A stretch of DNA of 64,000 nucleotides from assembly GCA_015520485.1 (NCBI GenBank), contig WAPX01000053.1:27336-91335 (forward strand), given 5' to 3'. Below are positions 19,753 to 29,859 of this stretch, in pieces; the stretch's first letter is position 1; each line of letters starts with the position of its first letter. Origin of the DNA: Archaeoglobaceae archaeon (lineage in GTDB: Archaea; Halobacteriota; Archaeoglobi; Archaeoglobales; Archaeoglobaceae). The notes below the pieces were generated by a model. The model saw only the letters and a program-made list of their open reading frames with translations. It did no database searches and was not told the DNA's origin. The translations under genes and the position numbers were made by a program.

Positions 19753-20847
19753 TCACTTATTTTCCTCAAGCACATAACTTGGCTCTTCAAGCTTGAAATC
19801 CTTTCTGAGCGGTGTCTCCACCTCGGGAGCTATGAGGAACTTCTGACCCATGTTCGGATTGCCTTCAAACCAGACGCCAAAGAAGTCGTGCATTTCCCTC
19901 TCCTGATAATCCGCTGACAGCCACACATCAATAAGGCTTGGAATTCTCGGATTGCATCTATCTATTTCAGCTGCAAAGGTCACTATGACCGGCATGAACT
20001 CCTTAATGCTGTAACTCGAAACCGAACACTCGACTATGAACTTGTTTTCGTGCAAAACGTCTATCACGTTTATTGACTTGACGTGGTCAAAGCCCTCACA
20101 CTCAAGGGCCTTAGCCACCTTTTTGTAAAACTTTGCATCGGTTTTGATGTAAATTCTGTTGACGTCCGTCGTGAATACCTCTGCATACGGTATCCTCTCC
20201 TTCAGTTTACCTACAAGCTGCTTTCCGAGTTCCCATTCAACTTCTTTTGGTTCTACTTTTATCTCCGGCTTTTCAGCTATTTTTAGCGGTGGTTTTGGTG
20301 GTTTTCTCTCCTTACCGGCTTCTGTGCCGAGGAGTTCTGCCAGATCGGTCTCCCTGAACTTTACAGTTGTTCTCGCCTCTCCCTTCTCTATCTTTTTCTG
20401 CAACGCTCTTATCGCAGAAATCAGCCCTTCTGGGGTTGGAGGACATCCGGGCACGAAGTAGTCCACCGGTACTATTTTCCAAGGTCTCGTTATGTGGTAG
20501 CTGTTCCAGAACAGTCCACCTTCAATACCGCACGCGCCTATGAGAATTACAAATTTTGGATCTGGCATCTGTTCCCACGTAATCCTCAAAGCTCTTGCCA
20601 TCTTCTTCGTTATCGTACCTTCAACAATTATCAAGTTCGTCTGCCTCATCATACCAAAGTTTAGAGTACCCCATCTTTCAGCATCGTAACCGCTCGCGTA
20701 AGCGTGAGCCAGCTCAACACCGCAGCACGAAGTGACAAGATGTACCGCCCAGAGACTCCACTTCGCACCCCACTTCTTTACTGGAGCTATGGCTCCACTA
20801 CTAAGGAATTCTATGTTTTCAGCATTGACGTCCCTCACTTCCTTCAC
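19753..20847 (-). CDS. nuoBC: fused complex I subunits B and C
   Basis: The N-terminal half has NuoB motifs (SCCGVE, GACGIEGG, PGCPPTPE). A Lys/Pro-rich linker follows. The C-terminal half is NuoC-like (EREMHDFFGVWFEGNP). Confidence 0.9.
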   Translation of the reverse strand: MKEVRDVNAENIEFLSSGAIAPVKKWGAKWSLWAVHLVTSCCGVELAHAYASGYDAERWGTLNFGMMRQTNLIIVEGTITKKMARALRITWEQMPDPKFVILIGACGIEGGLFWNSYHITRPWKIVPVDYFVPGCPPTPEGLISAIRALQKKIEKGEARTTVKFRETDLAELLGTEAGKERKPPKPPLKIAEKPEIKVEPKEVEWELGKQLVGKLKERIPYAEVFTTDVNRIYIKTDAKFYKKVAKALECEGFDHVKSINVIDVLHENKFIVECSVSSYSIKEFMPVIVTFAAEIDRCNPRIPSLIDVWLSADYQEREMHDFFGVWFEGNPNMGQKFLIAPEVETPLRKDFKLEEPSYVLEENK

Positions 20848-21233
20848 CTCCCACCTTCAGCATAAGCAGCCTCACAGGCAAATTTATAACCAGTATATAT
20901 TGCTGGAGTTAACATGATAAACGCTACTGTTATCAGCGGTATTGCCACCCTGAGCGGTGCCAGAATAAACAGCAAAACCGCTATCGGTTCAACTCCAAGG
21001 AAAACCAGCAGGTAGCCCGTGTACTGCATTGGCAATGCGTACTTTGGAGTCATGAAGGGCAGGTTCCCGGATTCGAACCTCTCCACTTTAACGACCGAAG
21101 GTGTTTTGCTCGGAGTCAGTATCTTTGCAAGCATAACTATTGTGGCATCAATAAATATACACAGGCCTATCACGATTGCTACAACAACGACATTGCTAAG
21201 GACACCTGACTGCAACATTTCAGACACCTCCAA
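20844..21233 (-). CDS. nuoA: complex I subunit A
   Basis: 129 aa with 3 TM helices. FESGN motif and position before B. Confidence 0.75.
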   Translation of the reverse strand: MEVSEMLQSGVLSNVVVVAIVIGLCIFIDATIVMLAKILTPSKTPSVVKVERFESGNLPFMTPKYALPMQYTGYLLVFLGVEPIAVLLFILAPLRVAIPLITVAFIMLTPAIYTGYKFACEAAYAEGGR

Positions 21234-22467
21234 TAACGAGTTTGGCTACGTTGATGAACCAGTTCGGTGGCAGCACCGTTATCAGCATTGCAGCGCTCGC
21301 TACAAGAGCTATTGCCGTTACCTTTCCCGGAACAGTATCCTTTGCCAGATTTCTTGCTATTCTCAGGTAGTAGGGAATGGATATTGCAGAGTTAACTATC
21401 AGCAGGAACGCCAACCAGACGAGTCCTGCTCCAACAAGGGATGTCAGTATGAAGAACTTTGACCAGAATCCCATGAGCGGTGGTAGCCCTATGAAGGACA
21501 GAGCTAAGACGTACATAAGTGGTCTTGAGCACCCATCTGTTTTTATGGAGGCAAAAAACGAGGCTTTACCAAACGCGTTGACTATCAGCTGCAGCAGAGC
21601 GCCGGCGAAAGCCAAGTACAGGTAGTTCTTTGATGTTATGACTGCGAGCGTTGCTATTATGTAACCCATGTTGGCTACTGTAGAGTAGGCGAGGATTCTT
21701 CCCGTCTCCTTTGCCGTCAGAGCACCAATGTTACCGGTAAACATCGAAATGACAGCAATAAATGCCACGAATAACGTCAGGTTGTTGAGCTGGGGCAGTG
21801 AAGTTAAAAGCAGGATCTTGTAAGCGGCTATGAACGGAACTATTTTTGTTATCGATGCTATAACCGAGAGTGGTAGAGGGTCTGCTGCGCTGAAAACGTC
21901 TGGCACCCATTCGTGCATGGGTGCACATCCAACCTCCATTCCAAGACCGAGAATCAGCATGACGAAGCCGAGCGTGTAAAGTACGGTGTCTTTAACAGAG
22001 CTGGAGTAAACTAGCAGCAGCGTGCCTATTATGAACAGAACTGTTGCGAGAACCATGAAGGCTATGTACTTTATCGCCACGTCGACGTGGGGCTTTCCAT
22101 CTGTGCTGACAAATATTAAAGCGTAGGTGGGAACCGAAGCGATTACGAAGGCTGCGAGGACGAATGCTATGTCACTCGTATACGCCACGTAAACAGTAAT
22201 TACTGTTATCAGAGCCACAAGTGCGTAGTCGACACCGCTCATCTGGTTCTCTTTTACATTCATGCTGAAAACCGTGAGCACACCTATCGCTATGACCAGC
22301 AGAACGTACATGAACAGCTGCGGAGTTGATACCGCCGCTGCGAGCACTATGGCTAAGGCGAGTAAACTAGTTGCGAGAGAGATTCTCGCATCTTTCAGAG
22401 AGCAGGCGGCTCCTACAGTCAACACCACAAGTGCCAAAACTGCTGAAAACTCAAGCATTACAACCAC
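21220..22467 (-). CDS. nuoN: complex I antiporter-like subunit N
   Basis: 415 aa, Mrp-antiporter-like polytopic protein. Assignment rests on operon position after L. Confidence 0.8.
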   Translation of the reverse strand: MVVMLEFSAVLALVVLTVGAACSLKDARISLATSLLALAIVLAAAVSTPQLFMYVLLVIAIGVLTVFSMNVKENQMSGVDYALVALITVITVYVAYTSDIAFVLAAFVIASVPTYALIFVSTDGKPHVDVAIKYIAFMVLATVLFIIGTLLLVYSSSVKDTVLYTLGFVMLILGLGMEVGCAPMHEWVPDVFSAADPLPLSVIASITKIVPFIAAYKILLLTSLPQLNNLTLFVAFIAVISMFTGNIGALTAKETGRILAYSTVANMGYIIATLAVITSKNYLYLAFAGALLQLIVNAFGKASFFASIKTDGCSRPLMYVLALSFIGLPPLMGFWSKFFILTSLVGAGLVWLAFLLIVNSAISIPYYLRIARNLAKDTVPGKVTAIALVASAAMLITVLPPNWFINVAKLVIGGV

Positions 22468-24365
22468 CCCAGCATTGAAACTACTATTGCTGCCATCACA
22501 AAGGCGAGAGCTATTTTCATGTAAACCCTCATGTATCCAACCTGAATTGCCCTAATGCGTCTGGAAATTCCCAGCATGAAGTCTGGCAGTCCAAAGTGGC
22601 AGAACCAGTCTATTGCTCTGTGAGTGTACTCTATAAGCTTGGATATCGCCCAGCCTATGGACGGAACTATGAAGTCGTTCAGAGCTGGCAGGTACATTCT
22701 GTCTCCGAGGAAAGTACCTATGGGTGAGAGGGCTCTGATCCTAGGAACAACAAGTGCGAACAGGTACGTACCGGTAACCCCCAGACCGACTATGAGTGAG
22801 TCCTTATCAAGGCCGTATTCGAGCAGGTGGGTTTCGACGAGCGGATCAGTGCCCGTCAGTATTCTGTACAGCAGCAGGAAGACCATTGAAACCACACAGG
22901 CATATGCGAGGGGCATCAGCTTTTCTCCGTGCAGGTGAAGGCGGTACTTGTCACCTTTCCAGAAGTTCAGGCTGAGGAACTTGGCGAGGAATGCTGAGTA
23001 AAGCAGGGACGTTATCAGCAGCAGGTCTAAGGGTAAGCTTCCAACCATCTCCACTATATGGTGCATGACAGTATCCATACCTGCCTTAACCCAGTACGCC
23101 GTGAGAGGTGGCAACCCTCCGAGTGCTATCGTTGCTATTATCGTGGCGATGAAAGCTGTTTTCATCTTCCTGGCCAGGTTCAGGTCTCCACAGCAGAACC
23201 TGTCGTGAGTTGCATGTATCAAATGTCCGGCAACGAGGAAGAGCGTTGCCTTTGCAAATGCGTGGGTCATCAGGTACCAGAACGCTATGAGGACTGCGAG
23301 CTTTCCGTACCAGTAGGAAGCTGCTGCACATCCGAACATCAAACCTAAACTTGACATCGTAGATGCAGCGAGCAAAACCTTCCTTTCAAGACATCCTATA
23401 GCTACTGAAGCTCCGTACAGGGCAGAAAACAGTCCCAGCAGCAGGACTATGTAGTACAGCACACCAACTCCCGGAACTGCATGCAAAGTCCATGGGTGTA
23501 TGTACCAGCTCAGCCTTATGAACAGGTACGTTCCAGCAGCAACCATCGTTGCCGAGTGAAGTAAGGCACTGACAGTTGTAGGGCCTGTCATGGCTGTCAT
23601 CAACCACTCGCTAAACGGAAGCTGGGCCGATTTCGTGAAAGGTCCCATGAGGAGGCAGAGCATCAGGAATACTGTACCGGCAAGACCTATTTTTGTGAAA
23701 AGCGCTCCCCAGTGTATCTGGGAGATGTTCAAATTGCCCGTTAAGGCGTAGATCGCTGCGACTGCAAAGAACATCGGCATGTCTCCGACTCTTATAGTCG
23801 ATATGGCTCTCCACCCGCCGTAGCTCGGTGGCCAGTACATCTTCAGCGGTCCAACTTTTCTCCCCACAATTCCGACGTAAGACAGGTGGTCATCGTCTCT
23901 GAACCAGTGCCCTATCAGTCCCCAAGATGCGAGGCCGAGACCTTCCCATCCTATGAGGAGCATGAGCAGGTTATCGCTGTAAACAACGAGCAACATCGAG
24001 GCCGTGAACATGTTGAAGAAGAACCAGTACCATCCAAGCCTGTAATCGTGTTTCATGTACTCCAGACCATAGAGACCAATCATGAATGCGATAAAAGCGG
24101 TTAAAGCACCCATGTACTTGCTCAGGTAATCAAATATGAATACGAAGTTTATGTTGTATTCAGGTAGCCAAGGTATCGTGTAGGTTCCATTTGGATACAT
24201 AAGCAGTATGTGTATTGCTATCACAAACGATATGAACAGGCCAAATACTGAAAGCATTGGTAGCTTTCTTGCTCTGTCACTCCCCGGCTCCTTAACCCAG
24301 TAAAATGCTATGGGTAGGCTGCAAATAACCGGGGCAACAAAGAGGAGTACAATTTCCCAGTTCAT
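22458..24365 (-). CDS. nuoL: complex I antiporter-like subunit L
   Basis: 635 aa, the largest antiporter-like subunit, with a C-terminal extension. Confidence 0.85.
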   Translation of the reverse strand: MNWEIVLLFVAPVICSLPIAFYWVKEPGSDRARKLPMLSVFGLFISFVIAIHILLMYPNGTYTIPWLPEYNINFVFIFDYLSKYMGALTAFIAFMIGLYGLEYMKHDYRLGWYWFFFNMFTASMLLVVYSDNLLMLLIGWEGLGLASWGLIGHWFRDDDHLSYVGIVGRKVGPLKMYWPPSYGGWRAISTIRVGDMPMFFAVAAIYALTGNLNISQIHWGALFTKIGLAGTVFLMLCLLMGPFTKSAQLPFSEWLMTAMTGPTTVSALLHSATMVAAGTYLFIRLSWYIHPWTLHAVPGVGVLYYIVLLLGLFSALYGASVAIGCLERKVLLAASTMSSLGLMFGCAAASYWYGKLAVLIAFWYLMTHAFAKATLFLVAGHLIHATHDRFCCGDLNLARKMKTAFIATIIATIALGGLPPLTAYWVKAGMDTVMHHIVEMVGSLPLDLLLITSLLYSAFLAKFLSLNFWKGDKYRLHLHGEKLMPLAYACVVSMVFLLLYRILTGTDPLVETHLLEYGLDKDSLIVGLGVTGTYLFALVVPRIRALSPIGTFLGDRMYLPALNDFIVPSIGWAISKLIEYTHRAIDWFCHFGLPDFMLGISRRIRAIQVGYMRVYMKIALAFVMAAIVVSMLGWL

Positions 24366-25816
24366 GGAGCCACACCTCCTATGGTAGCAATGGCAACCTT
24401 AGCTATAACCGCCTTAACAGCGTTGAGGAGTATTGCCGCGAGAGGTGGGAAGATTAGTAGGATTGAAACGATTCCTATAATGAAGAGCGGCGTGTCAAGC
24501 AGTCTGTTCACCTTTACCTTCTCGTAGCCAGCTGGCTTTCCGCAGTATATCCTCTTGTAAGTGTAGAAGCTGTAGAGACCGGAGATTATGAAGACAAAGA
24601 CCACTGCAAGTATTGCCGAAATGTCCAGTCCAAATGTATCAACAACTCCTTTGAGTATGAAGAACTCTCCAAACATGCCAACCGTAAGTATTCCTCCGAG
24701 GTTCATGAACCCGAGTAAAGCGGCGTTTGATATCGTTGGTATGTACTCGTGCATGCCACCCATCTTTGTTATGTCTCTCAATCCGTGGTAGTTTGCGATA
24801 ATTCCTCCAGCAGTCATAAAGAGGATTGCTTTTCCGAAGGCGTGGGATATGTACTGTATTATGACTGCCATTATTCCGTAGGTTCCCAGACAGAACGCAA
24901 TCAGACAGTAACCCATCTGGGAAATCGTGGAGAAAGCGAGCAGCCTCTTGTAGTCGTTCTGTCTGAAAACCATGAAACCGGCGTAAATGCTTGAAATAAC
25001 CCCATAAACGAAGATTGGCATCGTGTACGCTTTTATGAACCACGGGCTTATCAGGTAAGCTCTGAGAATAACGTAAGCTCCGAGACCGACAGTAAGCGGG
25101 CTTAGCAAAGCACTAACGGGAGTTGGAGCTTCAGCATGTGCCCATGGAAGCCAGACATGAGGTCCGAGACCAGGTAACTTGATTATCATTCCCAGGAATA
25201 TCAGCAGCCACGCCACAAACCCGATCTTGGCTATTGCATCGAAAGCAAGACTGCCGTTTGCAGCAGCGGTCATCAGGAATCCTATTAGAGCGAGCATACC
25301 TGCGATGTGTGTCCAGACAAAGTAGAGGGTCGCAACTTTTCTCCTGTCGCCGTAACCGTACATGTATATCAGCAGGAACGACGCGAGCAGTGAAATCTCG
25401 AGGAATATATAGAGCATTATAAAGTTACCGCTGAAAACAAGCCAGAGCATAGAGGTTGCATAGAGGTTGTAGAAAAATATGTACTTTCTGTATTCGCTTT
25501 CGAGTTCCTTACCCATCTCCTCGAAGCGGTGCGCCATGTACGGCAGAGAATACAAGGCAACCATTGCAGAAACGAGGCATATGGCAAGGGCAAAAGAGAA
25601 CGAAACCTGATCTCCAAGAATGTAGAATTTTCCTATTGGACGAACTATGTCCACCACAGGTATTTTGACAACCAGCCCCGATGCAAGACCGTATACCGTG
25701 TATGCAAACGGGATCAGAAATGCGACAGCAGAAACGGCCGTAGCGAGTTTGGGTCTCATCAAAGGCGTTAAAAACGTTACGACGAGCGGTAAAAGCAGAA
25801 CGTACAGCAGCATCAT
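24362..25816 (-). CDS. nuoM: complex I antiporter-like subunit M
   Basis: 484 aa, antiporter-like. HVWLPWAHAEAPTPVSALLS motif. Confidence 0.85.
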   Translation of the reverse strand: MMLLYVLLLPLVVTFLTPLMRPKLATAVSAVAFLIPFAYTVYGLASGLVVKIPVVDIVRPIGKFYILGDQVSFSFALAICLVSAMVALYSLPYMAHRFEEMGKELESEYRKYIFFYNLYATSMLWLVFSGNFIMLYIFLEISLLASFLLIYMYGYGDRRKVATLYFVWTHIAGMLALIGFLMTAAANGSLAFDAIAKIGFVAWLLIFLGMIIKLPGLGPHVWLPWAHAEAPTPVSALLSPLTVGLGAYVILRAYLISPWFIKAYTMPIFVYGVISSIYAGFMVFRQNDYKRLLAFSTISQMGYCLIAFCLGTYGIMAVIIQYISHAFGKAILFMTAGGIIANYHGLRDITKMGGMHEYIPTISNAALLGFMNLGGILTVGMFGEFFILKGVVDTFGLDISAILAVVFVFIISGLYSFYTYKRIYCGKPAGYEKVKVNRLLDTPLFIIGIVSILLIFPPLAAILLNAVKAVIAKVAIATIGGVAP

Positions 25817-26121
25817 AATCTATCACCCCCCGCAACTACGTCGTCTGTGGATATGCTGCGGAATTTTTTGCTGAACGTGACCATCGCAGCTATGAGTATC
25901 ATCAGCTCACCGCCACTAGTGAATATAGTCAGCACTGCTATGCTGAAAGCCTGCGTTGTCAAATTCGGTATCGTAAACAGGGGCATCAGTGCCAGAAATA
26001 CAGCTCCGAACATCAGTTCGAGTGATATCAGCAATCTCACGAGCTCCTTGCTCGACATGGCCATTACGTATGCGATCAGGAGTATAGCTGCAGAGGTCAC
26101 AAGAGTTACGTAGACCATCAT
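25813..26121 (-). CDS. nuoK: complex I subunit K
   Basis: 102 aa with 3 TM helices and conserved membrane Glu residues (LISLELMF, GGELMIL). Confidence 0.8.
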   Translation of the reverse strand: MMVYVTLVTSAAILLIAYVMAMSSKELVRLLISLELMFGAVFLALMPLFTIPNLTTQAFSIAVLTIFTSGGELMILIAAMVTFSKKFRSISTDDVVAGGDRL

Positions 26122-26588
26122 ACTTCTTCCCTCCTAACAAATTTAACAACCGAAAGCATCAGCAGTATTGCCAGAGCAAAGAAGAACAGTGCAAACACAG
26201 CGTATTTTTCGACAAACGCTGAAACCTCAGAACCTGTGAAAGCAGAAGAGACGTTTTTGAATCCAAAAATGGCATTGAAAATCGCACCGAACGTTATTAT
26301 CGCCGGTATAAACCAGACGAAGTCTACTTGAATTTTTGGTCTTGGGTCTCTATACATCGCTGCTAATGCAAATGTAACAGCCCCTATCGCTCCGACGAAT
26401 ATAAATGTTATCAGCACAAACACTGGCTGAATGTTGTTCAGTGCATATATTCCGGCTATTGTTACGAGAGTTATTGACATGTAGAGTGCAGAATAGAATG
26501 TATCTTTTGTGAACAAAGCTGCAAATGCTGTCAAAACTGCAAAGCAGCACATTGCTATTAAAGCTAAGGATACTGTGTCCATAGGCAA
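26118..26588 (-). CDS. nuoJ: complex I subunit J
   Basis: 156 aa, polytopic. First gene of the operon, with a 4-nt overlap with K. Confidence 0.75.
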   Translation of the reverse strand: MPMDTVSLALIAMCCFAVLTAFAALFTKDTFYSALYMSITLVTIAGIYALNNIQPVFVLITFIFVGAIGAVTFALAAMYRDPRPKIQVDFVWFIPAIITFGAIFNAIFGFKNVSSAFTGSEVSAFVEKYAVFALFFFALAILLMLSVVKFVRREEV

Positions 26589-26847
26589 GGGCTGCTATTT
26601 AGATTAAATAAACATTACTATTTTTATCTTTTCAAAAAGCTGCAGGAAGGAAAAAAGAAAAAGACGTGAAATTTGTTTTGCATTTTTTTATTGACCTCGA
26701 AGAAGCCAAGAAATGTTAATTTTAAATCCTGATATTACAAACATTTAGTACTCAATAACAACTGGTTCGATAACAAAACTTTGCAGAAAAAACAGTCTGG
26801 AATTCAAGAGTTTATTACATAATCTACGTAAAATAAAAAATTTTAGA

Positions 26848-28302
26848 TTAAATATCCAGATACTTCATGAACTCCCAGGGCGTAACGTACAGGCAGTACT
26901 GGTTCCACTCGTTTGTCTTTATCTCCACGAAGGCATCGTATATGTGGCTTCCGAGTACCTTCTGAATTACTTCATCGCTCTGTAGGCACTCTATTGCGTC
27001 TCTCAGCGTTGTTGGCAGCTCTCCAACTCCGAACTCCTTCTTTTCCTTTGGAGATAGCTCGTAAACGTCCTTCATCAGCGGGTCTCCCGGATCGATCTTC
27101 TTCTTGATTCCATCGAGACCTGCGGCGAGCATCGCTGAGAACGCTAGGTACGGGTTGCAGCTCGGGTCGGCGCCTCTGTACTCGCATCTGATAGCCTCTG
27201 GCTTTCTGAGGTACATTGGAACTCTCACGAGAGCTGACCTGTTTCTCGGGCTCCAGCAGATGTATATTGGAGCTTCGAAGCCCGGAACGAGTCTCTTGTA
27301 GGAGTTCACTGTTGGTGCACACAAAGCAGTTAGAGCCTTCGCGTGTTCGAGCAAACCTCCTATGTAGTACCTCCCGGTCTGGCTCAGCATGAATTCGTCG
27401 TCGGGATCTGCAAAAACGGCTTCGCCTTTGAAGGGCTCACCCTTCCAGAGCGACTGGTGGGTGTGCATTCCGCTTGCGTTGTCGAGATAGAGCGGCTTGG
27501 GCATGAATGTCGCAATCATTCCGTACATTGCAGCTATGTTCTTGGCTGCAAACTTGTAGAGGTAGAAAGCATCGCCAACATCGACGAGCTGCTTTGGCTT
27601 GAAGTCGAGCTCTATCTGTCCGGCAGTGGCGACTTCGTGGTGGTGGTACTCTATGTAAACGCCGAGCTTTTCAAGGTTATCTACAAGTTCATTTCTGTAC
27701 TCCACAGTCGTGTCCTCCGGTGGTGACCTGAAGTAACCTTCCTTTGGCCTGATTACAAAGCCACCCGGAGTCAGCTCTGGGCTCTCCGGCATGACTCTCG
27801 GCGGTCCCCAGCTGTCTCCATCTCCACCGTTTGGTGAGACCCACAGGTCGTAAACGAGCTTTGTCGGATCAGCTGCGTCAAACACGAAGTACTCTATTTC
27901 AGGCCCGAATACGGCGGACATCCCCTCATCTTCAAGCTTCTTCTGCAGGTTCTTGGCAACGTATCCTCTTGGATCGCAGTCAGCCACTTCCTCACCCCAA
28001 GCCTCACAGCAGTCACCAAACATTATTGCCGTCTTCTGCACGGGGTCGTCGATCCACGGAATAACTCTTATCGTGGATGGATCCGCTTTCCATACCATGT
28101 CACTCTGCTCTATGGTTTTGAATCCTCTTATTGATGAACCGTCAAATCCTATCCCCTCAAAACCACTCCCATCTATAAACTCTCTCGCCGGAATTGAGAA
28201 CTGCTGCATGTAACCCCTGACATCACAAAAAGTGCAGAGCACCTGTTTTACATTGTTCTCTTTAAGAATTCTTATTGCCTCGTTTACCTCCTCGGACATC
28301 AC
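26848..28302 (-). CDS. glnA: glutamine synthetase, type I
   Basis: 484 aa. GS motifs FDGSSI, GPEIEYF, HHHEVA..GQIELDF, NASGMHTHQSLW, NSYKRLVPGFEAP. Confidence 0.93.
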   Translation of the reverse strand: MMSEEVNEAIRILKENNVKQVLCTFCDVRGYMQQFSIPAREFIDGSGFEGIGFDGSSIRGFKTIEQSDMVWKADPSTIRVIPWIDDPVQKTAIMFGDCCEAWGEEVADCDPRGYVAKNLQKKLEDEGMSAVFGPEIEYFVFDAADPTKLVYDLWVSPNGGDGDSWGPPRVMPESPELTPGGFVIRPKEGYFRSPPEDTTVEYRNELVDNLEKLGVYIEYHHHEVATAGQIELDFKPKQLVDVGDAFYLYKFAAKNIAAMYGMIATFMPKPLYLDNASGMHTHQSLWKGEPFKGEAVFADPDDEFMLSQTGRYYIGGLLEHAKALTALCAPTVNSYKRLVPGFEAPIYICWSPRNRSALVRVPMYLRKPEAIRCEYRGADPSCNPYLAFSAMLAAGLDGIKKKIDPGDPLMKDVYELSPKEKKEFGVGELPTTLRDAIECLQSDEVIQKVLGSHIYDAFVEIKTNEWNQYCLYVTPWEFMKYLDI

Positions 28303-28568
28303 ATCACCTTTTCCAATTTTTTCAGCAACAGTGGATGGTATGTATATAATCTTTTCTCTCCGGCTTCGGTAAATGATAAATTTTCACGGGAATATATAAA
28401 ATAGCATGAACTGTCGATTAACCGGCTTCGAATCCAGACGTTCCGTCAGATTTTCCGTCAGACCACGCTTTCTTATATATAAAACATTAACCAAAATTAC
28501 CTTTTCCAGCAACGTGGTGTAAAACTGCACCAAAACATATATATTCTTTCCCCTGAACCCTTAGAGGA

Positions 28569-29792
28569 ATGAGCGTAATACATTTCCTTGGTGGTTGCAG
28601 AGAAGTTGGAAGATCGGCAATATTAGTTGACTCCATCATGCTCGACTACGGCATAAAGCCGTCCTCACCTCCGGAATTTCCGCTTAACGGAGTCTCACCC
28701 TCACAGGCAGTGATAACACACGCTCACCTCGATCACGTGGGTGTTGCACCCAACCTCGTTGGCTGCAGTCCGGACATATACATGACTCCTCCTTCGAGAG
28801 AACTCTCGCACATACTGCTCAAGGACTCCATGAACATAATGGAGTGTCCACCATACACAAAAAGGGAATTCAGACAGTTTGAAGACAGCATAGTCGAGGT
28901 GGAGTTCTGCGAACCTTTTGAGATAAACGGATGGGAAGTAACTCTCTACAATGCTGGACACATACCGGGAAGTGCTATGGTACACATGTCGGGGGACATT
29001 GACATACTCTACACGGGAGACATAAAACTGGAAGACACGAGGTTAATGAGGAAAGCAGATACAAGATTTCCGGAAACCGATATACTCATCATCGAGAGCA
29101 CGTACTTTGGCGTAATTCATCCGGAAAGAGAAGAACTCGAAAGAGAGTTTGTGGAGAGCGTCGTGGAGACTCTGGACATGGGTGGGCATGCGATAATACC
29201 GGCTTTCGCTGTAGGGAGAACTCAGGAAATTCTTATGATTCTCGAAAAGCACGGAATAACCCCTTACGTGGACGGCATGGGCAAGGAGGTCGGAAAAGTG
29301 TTAGAACAGCATCCGGAGTACGTGAAGAACGTTAAGGAGCTGAAAAAAGCACTCAGAAAAGCTATACCGGTGGAAAAAGGCAGAAGAGAAGACGTGCTTG
29401 AAGAGCCGGCAGCAATAGTTACCACTGCTGGAATGCTGAACGGAGGTCCGGCAATGTTCTACATATCAAGGCTTTACAGGGACGAGAAATCGAAGATCCT
29501 GCTCACGGGCTATCAGGTGGAAGGAACGAACGGTGACATGGCTTTGAAAACAGGAATGCTGAACCTCGGTGTAAGGACGGTAAAGCTCAGCATGGGTGTT
29601 GAACAGTACGATTTCTCGGCTCACGCAGACGACGAGCAGCTCAAGGAGTTCGTGAGAAAGGCAGCTGACAGAGGAGTTGAAATCGTGTTTACAGTACATG
29701 GAGAGGAGTGCGAAAAATTTGCAGAGTGGATAGAGAAAGAGGTTGGCATCGAAGCCTATGCTCCGAAGAACGGGGAAGTTTATGTAATCTAA
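28569..29792 (+). CDS. MBL-fold beta-CASP family ribonuclease (short aCPSF-like)
   Basis: HAHLDHVG metal motif, beta-CASP insertion, C-terminal FSAHAD and VHGE motifs. Confidence 0.8.
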   Translation: MSVIHFLGGCREVGRSAILVDSIMLDYGIKPSSPPEFPLNGVSPSQAVITHAHLDHVGVAPNLVGCSPDIYMTPPSRELSHILLKDSMNIMECPPYTKREFRQFEDSIVEVEFCEPFEINGWEVTLYNAGHIPGSAMVHMSGDIDILYTGDIKLEDTRLMRKADTRFPETDILIIESTYFGVIHPEREELEREFVESVVETLDMGGHAIIPAFAVGRTQEILMILEKHGITPYVDGMGKEVGKVLEQHPEYVKNVKELKKALRKAIPVEKGRREDVLEEPAAIVTTAGMLNGGPAMFYISRLYRDEKSKILLTGYQVEGTNGDMALKTGMLNLGVRTVKLSMGVEQYDFSAHADDEQLKEFVRKAADRGVEIVFTVHGEECEKFAEWIEKEVGIEAYAPKNGEVYVI

Positions 29793-29859
29793 CAGAGAAA
29801 GAGTTTTAACTGGAACATTAAAAAACTTAAATAAAAAACTTAAAAATTTTTATTAAACA

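Noticed and set aside
28415-28445. tRNA T-loop-like string ccggcTTCGAATCCagacg
   Set aside because: The flanking bases cannot form a T-stem or acceptor stem, so it is not a tRNA or a convincing tRNA fragment.
28441-28462. Possible CRISPR-like or repeat array (TTCCGTCAGA x2)
   Set aside because: There are only two 10-nt copies and no spacer-repeat periodicity. No CRISPR array is present anywhere in the window.
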